Part shown: positions 1 through 9,043 of the stretch, piece after piece
Layout: every line of letters begins with the position of its first letter
Position numbering within the stretch: the first letter of the stretch is position 1
Assembly (NCBI GenBank): GCA_963720715.1
Contig: CAVRGM010000003.1
Location: 385,808 to 449,807 of the forward strand
Length of the DNA stretch: 64,000 bases
Direction: 5' to 3'
Source of the DNA: an uncultured Chloroflexia bacterium
GTDB taxonomy: Bacteria; Chloroflexota; Limnocylindria; Limnocylindrales; CSP1-4
Translations under genes and position numbers: made by a program
The notes under the pieces: model-generated
Told to the model about the DNA's origin: nothing
The model's input: the letters and a program-made list of their open reading frames with translations, nothing else
Database searches by the model: none

Positions 1-391
1 CGCGGGCATGGCTCGATCCATCGGCTGGCTGGCGATGTACGTCGGGCTCGACTTCGTCTACCGACGAGGCATGGCGATGGCCAGGTTCGCGGCAGCCCGA
101 CTGGACGCGATCTCCGGGGTGACCGTGCTGACCCCGAGGCAGTCGATGGCGACGCTGGTCACGTTCGTCATCGATGGTTGGCCCGCGCGATCCGCGCTCG
201 ACGAGCTCGGGGCTCGGGTCTTCGTGATCGCCCGGACGATCGAGTCGCTGGACGCGCTCCGGATCAGCCCCGCGTTCTTCACGACGGAGGAGGAGATCGA
301 GCGCCTGGCCGACGCCGTCGCGCTGCTTGCCGCGCACACGCCGGAGACGTTGCCGCCGCGTCGGACGCTCAGTCTCCTCGGCGACCCGTGA
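1..391 (+). CDS. PLP-dependent aminotransferase class V / cysteine desulfurase-like, C-terminal fragment (5' end outside window)
   Basis: ORF frame open to window start. The C-terminal sequence (…ISPAFFTTEEEIERLADAVA…) is typical of the class-V aminotransferase small domain. Stop at 389-391. Confidence 0.55.
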   Translation, partial: AGMARSIGWLAMYVGLDFVYRRGMAMARFAAARLDAISGVTVLTPRQSMATLVTFVIDGWPARSALDELGARVFVIARTIESLDALRISPAFFTTEEEIERLADAVALLAAHTPETLPPRRTLSLLGDP

Positions 392-795
392 CCAACCGGC
401 GAGACCCGGCCGCGGTCCCCCGTCCACGCTCGTGGCTCGAGATCCGCTGGCGCCAATTTCGACGCGCCCCGCGGCCGGTGGTCCGGGCCGTCGCCGCGAG
501 CCTGAGCGTTGCGACCCTCCTGGCGATCGGCTATCTCGCCTACGACGTGGCGCTCAGTCGAGGCGCGAACCTGCCCGGTGGCGATCTCCGGACCCTGGCC
601 GTCACCGTGTACGTCATCCTCGTGCTGGCCATCGGCAGCCTGGTGACGTACCTCATCGTCCCGCAACCGTCCGGCTCCGGGACGGTCGTCCGTCGAAGCG
701 CATGGAGCGCGGCACTCGGCTTCTTCGCAGCGGTCCCCATCGCCTACCTGGTCATGGTCGCGGCGATCCAGATCATCCGACCCCTGTTCGACTAG
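388..795 (+). CDS. hypothetical integral membrane protein (about 135 aa)
   Basis: GTG at 388 overlaps the upstream TGA (GTGA coupling). Three predicted hydrophobic helices (LSVATLLAIGYLAY, VTVYVILVLAIGSLVTYLIV, LGFFAAVPIAYLVMVAAIQII). No family recognised. Confidence 0.4.
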   Translation: MTNRRDPAAVPRPRSWLEIRWRQFRRAPRPVVRAVAASLSVATLLAIGYLAYDVALSRGANLPGGDLRTLAVTVYVILVLAIGSLVTYLIVPQPSGSGTVVRRSAWSAALGFFAAVPIAYLVMVAAIQIIRPLFD

Positions 796-1268
796 CGGCC
801 TGGGATCAGAGGTGCGTCGGCGCACCACCTATGCGGCCGGAGTCGCACCGGCGGCTGGCCGAGCACCCGGATTTCGGGGTACGCTCCCTCGGCAATACAT
901 CCCGCCGCGGCCTGCTCATCGAGTCGCGGCGAACGTCTCTTGAGGATCTGCGCGTGTCGATCGACGAACCGAATGTCGCGCTGCCGACGCTGTATGGAGC
1001 TCCCGCCTACGCTCGGCCGCCATCAACCGCGACGGTCGCCCCTCGGCCGTTTGATCCGGACGAACTCCCACTGGAGGTCCATCGGACCGACGAGGAACGG
1101 CAACTGATGGAGTCGACCGCGTCGACCGACGCCGGGCTCGGCTCGGACGGGGGTGACCGACCCGGCGCCGCACGGGGACCGTTCGATCTGCGCGGGATCG
1201 CGGGACGGCTGCTCGGGGGCTGACCGGCCCGACCGACGGGTGACCATCCGGGTGTAGCATCGCCCGGC

Positions 1269-1345
1269 GGGGGAGTAGCTCAATCGGTCAGAGCGGCGGG
1301 CTTATATCCCGCTGGTTCCAGGTTCGAGTCCTGGCTCCCCTACCA
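1269..1345 (+). tRNA. tRNA with anticodon UAU (Ile-AUA-reading type); 77 nt including encoded CCA
   Basis: Hand-folded cloverleaf: acceptor GGGGGAG/CTCCCCT (first pair G:U), D-arm GCTC-AATCGGTCA-GAGC, anticodon stem GCGGG/CCCGC with loop CTTATAT (positions 34-36 = TAT), variable TGGTT, T-arm CCAGG-TTCGAGT-CCTGG, discriminator A, CCA. Confidence 0.8.
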
Positions 1346-2122
1346 ACCGCGGTCGTCCCGATCCGCTCGACGGTCGGGCCCGATGGTCCGTGCGATCCGA
1401 TTCGCGAGACGCTCGCGCCGGCCCGGCGTGAGGCTGCGTTGGCGCGGCAAGGCGGCCAGCCAGTCCGGGATCTGCGCCTCGGTCAGGACCGCGCAGCTGG
1501 GGGACCTGGGTATCGAGACGTCGGCCGTGACGACCGCCGCGTAGACGCGGACGACGAAGTCCAGGTCGCCCTGGTTCAGCCAGTGGCGGACCCGTTCGGC
1601 GTCGCGACCGGCCCGGTCGACCGGATGCTCGGTCGGCACCCAGCCCGCATCCGTCCTGGCCTCCCAGGTCGATCCGATCCGCCTGAGCGCTTCTCCACGG
1701 CCGAGTTCGTGGAAGACGACCAGCCCGAACGGTCCGCCGACCAACTCCGGGATCGGCTGGCCACTGCCCGGCGTGGCCCCAAGCCACACGTCGATGTCCA
1801 ACGGCAGACCGCTCATCGCGCGGCCGACGACCGATCGGCGCGATGCACTGCCACGGATCGATGACAGGGTCCCGGCCAGGCGTTGGGTGCCCGCGACGAG
1901 CAGGCCCACGGCGGCGATCAGGGCGAGGCTCCAGACGGCGATGGTCGTCGGCACGATCGCCGATCCGGATGTCGGCCCACCGGCGACTCGTGTTGCGAAG
2001 GGCGTGGAGACCGCCAGCAATCCGAAGCAGAGGCCGGTCGCCGCCAGCCCGGCACCGACGATCGCCGGACCGAGTATCCCGGCGCGATCGTCGGTTCGGC
2101 GTCGGACAGGGGTCTGCGGCAT
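1340..2122 (-). CDS. hypothetical membrane protein (about 260 aa)
   Basis: C-terminal two thirds of ORF 1340..2743 (-) read protein-like, with two transmembrane helices then a soluble domain (…DLDFVVRVYAAVVTADVSIPRS…). The upstream part of that ORF is low-complexity and overlaps the opposite-strand gene. Start chosen at internal Met (MPQTPVRRR…). Confidence 0.3.
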   Translation of the reverse strand: MPQTPVRRRTDDRAGILGPAIVGAGLAATGLCFGLLAVSTPFATRVAGGPTSGSAIVPTTIAVWSLALIAAVGLLVAGTQRLAGTLSSIRGSASRRSVVGRAMSGLPLDIDVWLGATPGSGQPIPELVGGPFGLVVFHELGRGEALRRIGSTWEARTDAGWVPTEHPVDRAGRDAERVRHWLNQGDLDFVVRVYAAVVTADVSIPRSPSCAVLTEAQIPDWLAALPRQRSLTPGRRERLANRIARTIGPDRRADRDDRGW

Positions 2123-2380
2123 GGGGCTCAGGATGGGAGGATGTCGCCGGTCGGCCAATGAGCATTCCAGCCCATCGCTGCGCGGCGGACGGCCCATCGG
2201 CCGAACCAGACCCCTCCAGACCAGCCCAGGATCGGTGTCCCGATGCACCGGAATCTGACGATCGACCCCGCCTGACGGCGACTCGTGACCGGACCCCCGT
2301 ACCATTGCCCACGCTCGATCGGGCAGACATCCTCGAGTCATCGGACGCGACGGTCCGGGACGAGGAGACAGGCCCACCGC

Positions 2381-3943
2381 ATGCATCGACCGAATCGAGG
2401 GACGCGCGATCCGTGGTCGTGGCTGTGTGCCATCGCCGCAGCCGGGCTCCTGTCCGTCATGATCGCCATCCCGGCCTCCGCCGAGGCGAACAAGTCGCAA
2501 CTCGTCGATCCGGTCGTCTCGCCGAGGACCGGCAACACGAGTACGACCTTCCATCTGTCGGTCGTGTACCTGAACCGGCTCGGCATGCCCGCTGAGTCGG
2601 TGACGGCGATGATCGGATCGACGGCCCATCCGATGACCAGGCGGCCTGGCGGCGACTGGCGTCACGGGGTCACCTATGACTGGTCGGGCACAGTGGCAAA
2701 AGGGACCCATGGGGTCGTTTTCGATGCCATGGCCCACGCTCACAACGACGCGTCGATGGACGCTGGCTCCGTGACGGTCATGTCAGGCCCGGATCCGACC
2801 CCCAAACCCACCCCCAAGCCCACCCCCAAGCCGACCCCCAAGCCGACTCCCAAACCCACCCCCAAGCCGACCCCGAAGCCGACTCCCAAACCCACCCCCA
2901 AGCCGACGCCGAGGTCGACCCCGAAACCCACCGCAAGGCCGACCGCCAGCCCAACCGCTCTGGTCGCCGGTCCGAGTGCCACGCCGACGAGCGCGCTACC
3001 GACACCGAGTGCGCTATCCGACCCGCCGACCTTCGGCCCCGCTGCGACCCCATCACCGAGCCCATCGGCATCCGCCAGCCAACCCGTGACCGCGGTCGTC
3101 CCTGGTCTCCCGACCGACGGTTCGAGTGGGCCCGGCGCGGGACCCGATGATGGGTCATCGCCCGGCGCACCCGGTGGGTCGACGGACTCCGGTGCGGCTC
3201 GTCCGACCGGACCGGTCGCGGCCGTGCTCGCGACGATCGGCCTGCGCCTACCGGTCTGGCCCGGATTCAGTACCGCTCCCACGCTGGTCACGACGACCGG
3301 TGTCGTGACGGTCGCGATGGGCATGGGCCTGTTCGTCCGCCGTCGACGCGAAGACGAACTGCCCGATGAGATGCTGGCCGCTGCTGCCGCGACGGGGGTG
3401 GCCACGCTGCCCCGCGACGTCCCGGCGCCCGGGGACTCGGGCAAGGCCGCTGGTGCGATGCCCGACGCGCTCACGCCCGAGATGGAAGCCCTTCTGCCGC
3501 GCTGGCGTCGGCCGTCGTTGCTCCAGGCACGCAAGGCCGATCCGATCCGCGACGCGGCGATGATGACCACGCCGCGCCTGAGTTTCGACGAAGGTCTGGT
3601 CGGCCCGCTCGACGGCCGGGAACGTCGCTTCATCCGCTACCACGTCGTCAGGCTGCTCGATTCTCCCGATGAGCTGCGCGGAGCGGAGATCGGCTATCTG
3701 GACCAGGGTGACGAGGTCCAGATCCTCGAGAGTTACGGCGCCTACCGGTTGGTCCTGTGCCCGGATGGACGGCAGGGTTGGCTCCACAAGATGACCCTTG
3801 GCGACATCGTCGGCGACGAACCGGAAGCGGACAGCCCGGTGGCGACGATGCCGATCGCGGCCGAGAGCTGGACCATGGGTGAATCCGACATCGACAGTGA
3901 CGTCTTCGAGGCCTACCTGGAGTCGCGCCGTCGCCGCGAGTGA
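2381..3943 (+). CDS. secreted / membrane-anchored protein with (PTPKP)n linker, one transmembrane segment and C-terminal SH3b-like domain
   Basis: Signal peptide [36 protein letters not shown], then a globular domain and about 10 PTPKP repeats. A Pro/Ser/Ala-rich stretch and a transmembrane helix (…[20 protein letters not shown]) follow. The cytoplasmic tail ends in an SH3b-like motif ([28 protein letters not shown]). Confidence 0.6.
   Translation: MHRPNRGTRDPWSWLCAIAAAGLLSVMIAIPASAEANKSQLVDPVVSPRTGNTSTTFHLSVVYLNRLGMPAESVTAMIGSTAHPMTRRPGGDWRHGVTYDWSGTVAKGTHGVVFDAMAHAHNDASMDAGSVTVMSGPDPTPKPTPKPTPKPTPKPTPKPTPKPTPKPTPKPTPKPTPRSTPKPTARPTASPTALVAGPSATPTSALPTPSALSDPPTFGPAATPSPSPSASASQPVTAVVPGLPTDGSSGPGAGPDDGSSPGAPGGSTDSGAARPTGPVAAVLATIGLRLPVWPGFSTAPTLVTTTGVVTVAMGMGLFVRRRREDELPDEMLAAAAATGVATLPRDVPAPGDSGKAAGAMPDALTPEMEALLPRWRRPSLLQARKADPIRDAAMMTTPRLSFDEGLVGPLDGRERRFIRYHVVRLLDSPDELRGAEIGYLDQGDEVQILESYGAYRLVLCPDGRQGWLHKMTLGDIVGDEPEADSPVATMPIAAESWTMGESDIDSDVFEAYLESRRRRE
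2794..2932 (+). repeat. 15-bp tandem repeat (about 9 copies) encoding PTPKP linker
   Basis: Direct reading: cccaa(a/g)cc(c/g)acccc… repeated with synonymous variation. Gives [12 protein letters not shown]… in the protein. Confidence 0.9.
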
Positions 3944-4857
3944 GGACGCGCTTCCTTGCGCAGCACGAGGATGTGCTGGTGGACGATATTCGGCACGAAC
4001 GCCCTGGGATAGCCGTATGGCCGGAGCCGAGTCCCCGCCTGATACCAGATCAGGTCACCCTTTGGCACGAACCCGACCAAGGCCGCCCGGGCCGCCAGAT
4101 CCGAGCCGGTGAACAGGTAGCGGCCATCCTGGTACGCGTCCCGGACGATGACCAGCGCGTACTGACCTGCGCGCAGGACACGGTGCAGTTCCCCGAAAAC
4201 CAGTCCCATCTGATCGAGATACGTCGGGTAATCAGCGACGTTGGCGATGTCTTCTGCGATTTCGCTGACCATCGCGTAGTCCGTTCGCCGGTTCGCATGC
4301 GCCTCGGCTAGTCGTCCGCCGGCCATCGTCATCGGCAGCTGCAGGTTGTAGGGCGGATCCGTTGCCACGAGGTCGATCAATTCGTCGTCCATCCCGGGCA
4401 GGATGGTCAACGCATCACCCACCTGGAGTTCCGACCCGCTCGGGTCGAACGTGCGAAGGCCGCCCGGATCGGCTGTGCCGAGGTCGGCCAGCTTGGGCCC
4501 TGCGCCGTCACGCTCCGCGCGCAGCGCCGCGACCACATCCGCGTAGACCGTCGCCCAGCGATGATCGAGCTCGATCCCGATCGCCCGACGCGGGCCGCGC
4601 GCGATGGCGGCCCCCAGCAGCGTACCGCCGACGCCTGCGAAGGGATCGAGTACGACATCGCCCGTCCTCGTGAAGAATTCGATCAGGCGGGCCATCAGGC
4701 GCGGCGGCTTGTTGGCGCCGTGCGCTCGACGGGCCGCGTGTCCGAGCTCCGATGGGTACGCGGTCGTCAAAAGAGACTTCGTGAAGTACAGCCACTCGGC
4801 ACCCGATAGTTCGTTGAGCGTGTTCGACGGATGCGGAACTGGACGGTCGTCCGACAT
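3913..4857 (-). CDS. DNA methyltransferase, N6-adenine/N4-cytosine type (DPPY motif), apparently solitary
   Basis: Motif [11 protein letters not shown] and motif IV DPPYNL are present. [25 protein letters not shown] block is typical of the PF01555 family. No restriction endonuclease is recognisable nearby. Local GC looks lower than flanks. The 3' end overlaps the convergent gene at 2381..3943 by about 30 nt. Confidence 0.8.
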   Translation of the reverse strand: MSDDRPVPHPSNTLNELSGAEWLYFTKSLLTTAYPSELGHAARRAHGANKPPRLMARLIEFFTRTGDVVLDPFAGVGGTLLGAAIARGPRRAIGIELDHRWATVYADVVAALRAERDGAGPKLADLGTADPGGLRTFDPSGSELQVGDALTILPGMDDELIDLVATDPPYNLQLPMTMAGGRLAEAHANRRTDYAMVSEIAEDIANVADYPTYLDQMGLVFGELHRVLRAGQYALVIVRDAYQDGRYLFTGSDLAARAALVGFVPKGDLIWYQAGTRLRPYGYPRAFVPNIVHQHILVLRKEARPHSRRRRDSR

Positions 4858-4892
4858 GGGTGGCAGCCTAGCGGACGCCTCTAGAATGGCGC

Positions 4893-7800
4893 ATGCCTGT
4901 CAGGTACACGAGCGCGCGGTTCGTCGGCCGGGATGCGGCCTTCGGGCGGCTCGCGACCGGTCTGGAACGATCCCTCGCGCAGCGGGCCGGGACGATCATC
5001 GTCGGCGCAACGGCCGGCATCGGCGCCACGCGCTTCCTCGACGAGGCGATCGATCGCATCGGTGGAGCGTCCGAGCCGATGACGCTCCTGCGCGCGTCGG
5101 CCTGGGCCGGCGGGGATGAACCCTACGGGCCCCTGATCAGGGCCGTCGGCCCGACGCTGCGGGCGATGTCGACGGACGACCTCCTTGAGCGTCTTGGAGC
5201 CGCGGCATCGGACATCGCTCGCCTGATGCCGGATCTCGGACGCCGACTGGCCGACGAAGCCGGCTGGGTCCCGGACCAGAGCGTCACGGCGCCTGAGCGA
5301 CGTCAGACGCGGATCCTTGAAGGCGTCCTGGGGCTGCTCGGGCGGCTGGGCGAGCAGCGTCCGGTCGTGCTGGTCCTCGAGGATCTGCACCATGCCGACA
5401 GCGGCACGCGGGCGTTGGCGACCTTCCTGTCCCGCGTCGCGCGCGGTCAGCGACTCGCGCTTGTCGCCAGCTATGAGCCCGACATGGTCGGTCGCGATCA
5501 CCCATGGCAGGACGACCTCGCGGCCATCGCATCCGGCCCGCGCCCGGTCGAGCGGATCGACCTGGTCCCGCTCGAACGGGATGAGCTCGCCGAGTTGATC
5601 GAGGGGATCCAGGGGGAACGGGCATCGGCGAGCCTGCTCCTGCTGATCGCGGAGCGGTCCGGTGGTTCGCCGTTGGTCGCCGAGGAGCTCCTGGCGGCGC
5701 GCCGCGAATTGCCGAGTTCATCCCTGACCGGTTCGTTCGACGAGATCGTCGTCGCGCGGATGGCCATCCGATCGGCCGAGTGTCGTCGCGTAGCCCGGCT
5801 GATGTCGCTCGTGGGTCGGCCACTGGCTGCGGCTGAACTGGCGGCCGTCGGCGACGCATACGAGCTCGGATCGGGACGCTCCGCGCCACGCTCGGTGACC
5901 GGACCGCGACACGGTGACGGCGTGCTCGATGCCGATCTGCGTGCCGGCCTTGATGAGGCGGTCGCGCACGGCTTCCTGCTCGACGCTGGCGGTGCCATCG
6001 CGTTTCGGCATGAGGCGATCGGCCGGGCGATCGCGCGTGACCTGCTGCCTGTCGGCAGGACGCGACACCATGAGGCGATCGCGACGGGCATCGCCGGCCA
6101 TCCGGCGACCGCGGCGCGACACTGGCTTGCGGCGCACGCCCCGGGCCCCGCACGAAAAGCCGCGGTCGAGGCGGCCGACGTGGCAGGCGACCGTCATGCG
6201 GCCGCCGATGAGCTCGACGACCTCGAGCTCGCGATGTCGTTGCCCGTCGATCGAGCGATCGCGGCTGATCGAGGTCGACGGGCGAGGCCGTCGGACCTCG
6301 TGGAGCTCCAGATCCGAGCTGCGGAAGCGGCATTCGCGATCGGCCGGACGGCGCGGGCCACGAGCTATCTCGAAGCGGCCATCGCGGCCCTCGATGCCCG
6401 GCGTGACCGGGTCAGGATGGGTCTGCTGTACGAACGGCTGGCGTACATCCTGCGGGCGGGCGGGGACCCCGCACGAGCGATCCAGGCCGCGCAACGAGCC
6501 GTCGAGCTGGTCCCGGGGGCGCCGACGCCGGAGCGCGCCACCGTCCTCGCCACCCTGGCCCAGCAGAAGATGCTCGTGGGAACGTTCTCCGACGCCCAGA
6601 CGCTCGCCCGCGAGGCCATCGACATCGCCCTCGCCTGTGAGCCGGTGGCGCAGACGCAGGAAGTCCACGCCCGGACCACGCTGGCCGTGGCGCTGGCCTG
6701 GGGCAGCGATCCGGCTGCCGCGATCGATCTGCTCCGTCAGGCCGAGCTCGACGCGAGTGGCTTGAACGACCACGAAGCGCTCTTTCGTGTCCGGGCGAAC
6801 CTGACGACGGTTCTCGACCTTCTTGGGCGTCGGTCGGAAGCCGTCGACGTCGCCTATGCCGCGATCGATGAGGCACGTCGCGTCGGCCTTGAAGCGGTCT
6901 ACGGGAACTTCCTGGCCGGTAACGTGGCCGACAGCCTGTTCTTCCTCGGTCGCTGGCCGGAGGCGAGGGCGATGACCCTCAGGGCGATGAGCTGGCTCAC
7001 CGTCGGGGTCATCTATGTCGAGGCGATCCTCGTCCTGGCCGCGGTGGAGATCGAGACGAACGCCGGGGAGGAGGCCTCACGCCTTTTGGGGCTGACCGTC
7101 CTCGAACTGGCCGTTATCGGGGATTCACAGCTTGCCGGACCCTACTATCTGGCCGCTGCGTCGTTCGCGCTGTGGAGGGGCGATATCAGCGATGCGAGCC
7201 GATCGGTCGAGCGAGGCTGGTCGATCGTCCGGGCGACGGAGGAATGGGTCCTTGCCGCGCGGCTGGCCGCGATGGTCGCGCAGGTCGATGCCGTCGCCGC
7301 GACGGACGCTCGTCTGCATCGAAGACTCGCACTGCTGCCGATCGCCAGCCGGCGGACCGCTGAGGTCATCGACGAAGCATCCAGCCTCGTGCGGGCCAGC
7401 GGCGCGCCTTCGACTGCGGGCTCGCGCCGGCTGGCCGAAGCATCGCTGGCCACAGCTCGTGCGTATCAGCGGCGCATCGAGGGCGACGACGACCCCGTCA
7501 CGTGGCGACGGGTGGCTGAGACATGGGCGGACCTGGATGCGCCATACGACGCCGCCCTGGCGCGCTGGCGACAGGCCGAAGCCAGCCTGGCCAGCCGCAT
7601 CGGACGAGCCGGGAGATCCGCTGCGATCAAACCGATGCTGGCCGCGGTGGATGGGGCCGTGACCCTCAGAGCTCGACCGTTGCTGCGAGAGCTGCGCGAA
7701 TTGGCCAGCCGCGCCAGGATCGTGCTTCCCGGCGCGGTCGACGCTGTCCTGGTCGGCGATCCGCCGCCGGCGGTCGGGATCCCGATCGATTCGAGCGGGA

Positions 7801-8099
7801 CGACGGCGGACGAAGCGGCCGGCGGGCCGGGTGGCCGATCAGCGCTCGTTCGAGCCGTGGCCGGCGAACCGCATCCGGCGGATCGGCATCGCGACACCTT
7901 CGGGCTGAGCGGTCGCGAGCGTGAGGTCCTCGCCCTCGTGGCGTTGGGCCGCACCAATCGCGAGATCGGGGAGCGCCTGTTCATCAGCCAGAAGACGGTC
8001 GGCGTGCACGTCGGGAACATCCTGTCCAAGCTCGAGGTATCGGGTCGCGTCGAGGCGGCCGCGGTCGCGATCCGCCTCGGACTGACCGATCGCCAATAA
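4893..8099 (+). CDS. LAL-family transcriptional regulator (AAA+ ATPase - TPR-like repeats - LuxR HTH), Walker-A lysine replaced
   Basis: N-terminus FVGRDAAFGRL…TIIVGATAGIGATRFLDEA (P-loop is GIGAT, not GIGKT). Walker B VVLVLEDLHHAD. Long helical-repeat middle. C-terminal LuxR HTH (LSGREREVLALVALGRTNREIGERLFISQKTVGVHVGNILSKLEV). Confidence 0.85.
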   Translation: MPVRYTSARFVGRDAAFGRLATGLERSLAQRAGTIIVGATAGIGATRFLDEAIDRIGGASEPMTLLRASAWAGGDEPYGPLIRAVGPTLRAMSTDDLLERLGAAASDIARLMPDLGRRLADEAGWVPDQSVTAPERRQTRILEGVLGLLGRLGEQRPVVLVLEDLHHADSGTRALATFLSRVARGQRLALVASYEPDMVGRDHPWQDDLAAIASGPRPVERIDLVPLERDELAELIEGIQGERASASLLLLIAERSGGSPLVAEELLAARRELPSSSLTGSFDEIVVARMAIRSAECRRVARLMSLVGRPLAAAELAAVGDAYELGSGRSAPRSVTGPRHGDGVLDADLRAGLDEAVAHGFLLDAGGAIAFRHEAIGRAIARDLLPVGRTRHHEAIATGIAGHPATAARHWLAAHAPGPARKAAVEAADVAGDRHAAADELDDLELAMSLPVDRAIAADRGRRARPSDLVELQIRAAEAAFAIGRTARATSYLEAAIAALDARRDRVRMGLLYERLAYILRAGGDPARAIQAAQRAVELVPGAPTPERATVLATLAQQKMLVGTFSDAQTLAREAIDIALACEPVAQTQEVHARTTLAVALAWGSDPAAAIDLLRQAELDASGLNDHEALFRVRANLTTVLDLLGRRSEAVDVAYAAIDEARRVGLEAVYGNFLAGNVADSLFFLGRWPEARAMTLRAMSWLTVGVIYVEAILVLAAVEIETNAGEEASRLLGLTVLELAVIGDSQLAGPYYLAAASFALWRGDISDASRSVERGWSIVRATEEWVLAARLAAMVAQVDAVAATDARLHRRLALLPIASRRTAEVIDEASSLVRASGAPSTAGSRRLAEASLATARAYQRRIEGDDDPVTWRRVAETWADLDAPYDAALARWRQAEASLASRIGRAGRSAAIKPMLAAVDGAVTLRARPLLRELRELASRARIVLPGAVDAVLVGDPPPAVGIPIDSSGTTADEAAGGPGGRSALVRAVAGEPHPADRHRDTFGLSGREREVLALVALGRTNREIGERLFISQKTVGVHVGNILSKLEVSGRVEAAAVAIRLGLTDRQ

Positions 8100-8138
8100 T
8101 GCGCATCTGGGCGACGGTCCGAGATCTGGACATGCGAC

Positions 8139-8166
8139 GAGACCCGGAGGGAGGTCTCCGGGTCTC
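8139..8166. terminator. GC-rich hairpin (11-bp stem GAGACCCGGAG / CTCCGGGTCTC, loop GGAGGT) between convergent genes
   Basis: Perfect inverted repeat read directly from the sequence, downstream of the LAL regulator stop. No clear U-tract. Confidence 0.4.
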
Positions 8167-8229
8167 GAAGGGATCGCGCTCGTCTCGCCGGATGGGCTCC
8201 GGCTAGACGGAGAAAACTATGCGAGGATT

Positions 8230-8331
8230 CTTAGCGCCACCTCATGCCGGCCGCGAGGCTCAGCGCGATGACAACGAGCGGGCCGACGGTAACGGCGATC
8301 CGCCAGGTGCGGTGGGCGAAGTCCTTGATCA
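8230..8331 (-). CDS. candidate 33-aa hydrophobic small protein (MIKDFAHRTWRIAVTVGPLVVIALSLAAGMRWR)
   Basis: Not in the ORF track (too short). Found by reading the minus strand: ATG preceded by GGAG 8 nt upstream, single predicted transmembrane helix, TAA stop. Lies in an otherwise empty 490-bp gap. Confidence 0.3.
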
Positions 8332-8586
8332 TGGTCGCGCTCCGTAGTGATATGAGTCCGCCACCTCAAAGAAACGAGGTGGACGGCGAGCCTACGGGCA
8401 ACCTCTGATGCGCCACAACCGGGCTGATGGTACTGGTCGGTCATGGCCCAGGAGTACCAGGACCCCGTCCCGTCCATACCGGACCGCCCTGCACGACCCT
8501 CACGACACGACCCGCCGGTCGCGGTAGATTCCATCCGAACGCCGAATCCGTTGCCGTCAAGCCCCATGCGAGAGGTCTCACCGCCC

Positions 8587-9027
8587 ATGCGACACGCGCG
8601 ATCCCTGTCGGCCGTCGCCCTGTCGACGATCTTCCTGGCCGCCTGCACGAGCGCCAGTGCCGGCTGGACATACACGCCGGCGCCGCCGGCCACACCGGCT
8701 CCGAGTGGGGCCGAGTCCGCTGAGCCGTCGGCATCCGGGAGCCTCGATGTGGTCATGATCACCGCCAAGAACATCCAATACGAGGAAACGAACGTCACCG
8801 CCCCCGCCGACACGCCGTTCCAGATCCTGTTCGACAACGAAGATCCCGGCACGCCCCACAACGTATCCATCCACACCGGCCAGGCGACCGGTGACGCGAT
8901 CTTCGTGGGGACCGTCTTCAATGGGATCGAGACGCGGGCGTACGACGTGCCGGCACTCGACGCGGGCACGTACGCGTTCGTGTGCACCGTCCACCCGACG
9001 ATGGTGGGAACGCTGACGGTCCAGTGA
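8587..9027 (+). CDS. blue-copper (cupredoxin, plastocyanin/amicyanin-like) lipoprotein
   Basis: Lipoprotein signal MRHARSLSAVALSTIFLAAC. Type-1 Cu ligands H…C-x2-H-x2-M (PHNVSIH … FVCTVHPTMVGTLTVQ). Confidence 0.8.
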   Translation: MRHARSLSAVALSTIFLAACTSASAGWTYTPAPPATPAPSGAESAEPSASGSLDVVMITAKNIQYEETNVTAPADTPFQILFDNEDPGTPHNVSIHTGQATGDAIFVGTVFNGIETRAYDVPALDAGTYAFVCTVHPTMVGTLTVQ

Positions 9028-9043
9028 TCAGGGACGTCCGTCT

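Noticed and set aside
327-1223. 298-aa + ORF, and a shorter candidate (GTG 953..1223) in the gap before the tRNA
   Set aside because: Arg/Pro-rich low-complexity translation typical of off-frame reading in high-GC DNA. It overlaps the neighbouring genes and has no convincing RBS or motif. The short GAGGA-GTG candidate at 953 remains possible but unsupported.
1264-1345. Possible integrative element next to tRNA genes (all three tRNAs)
   Set aside because: No integrase, excisionase, direct-repeat attachment sites or phage-like genes flank any of the tRNAs.
5284-6773. Long minus-strand ORFs (349-351 aa) antisense to the LAL regulator
   Set aside because: Shadow ORFs inside a well-supported + strand gene, with Arg/Pro/Gly-rich composition.
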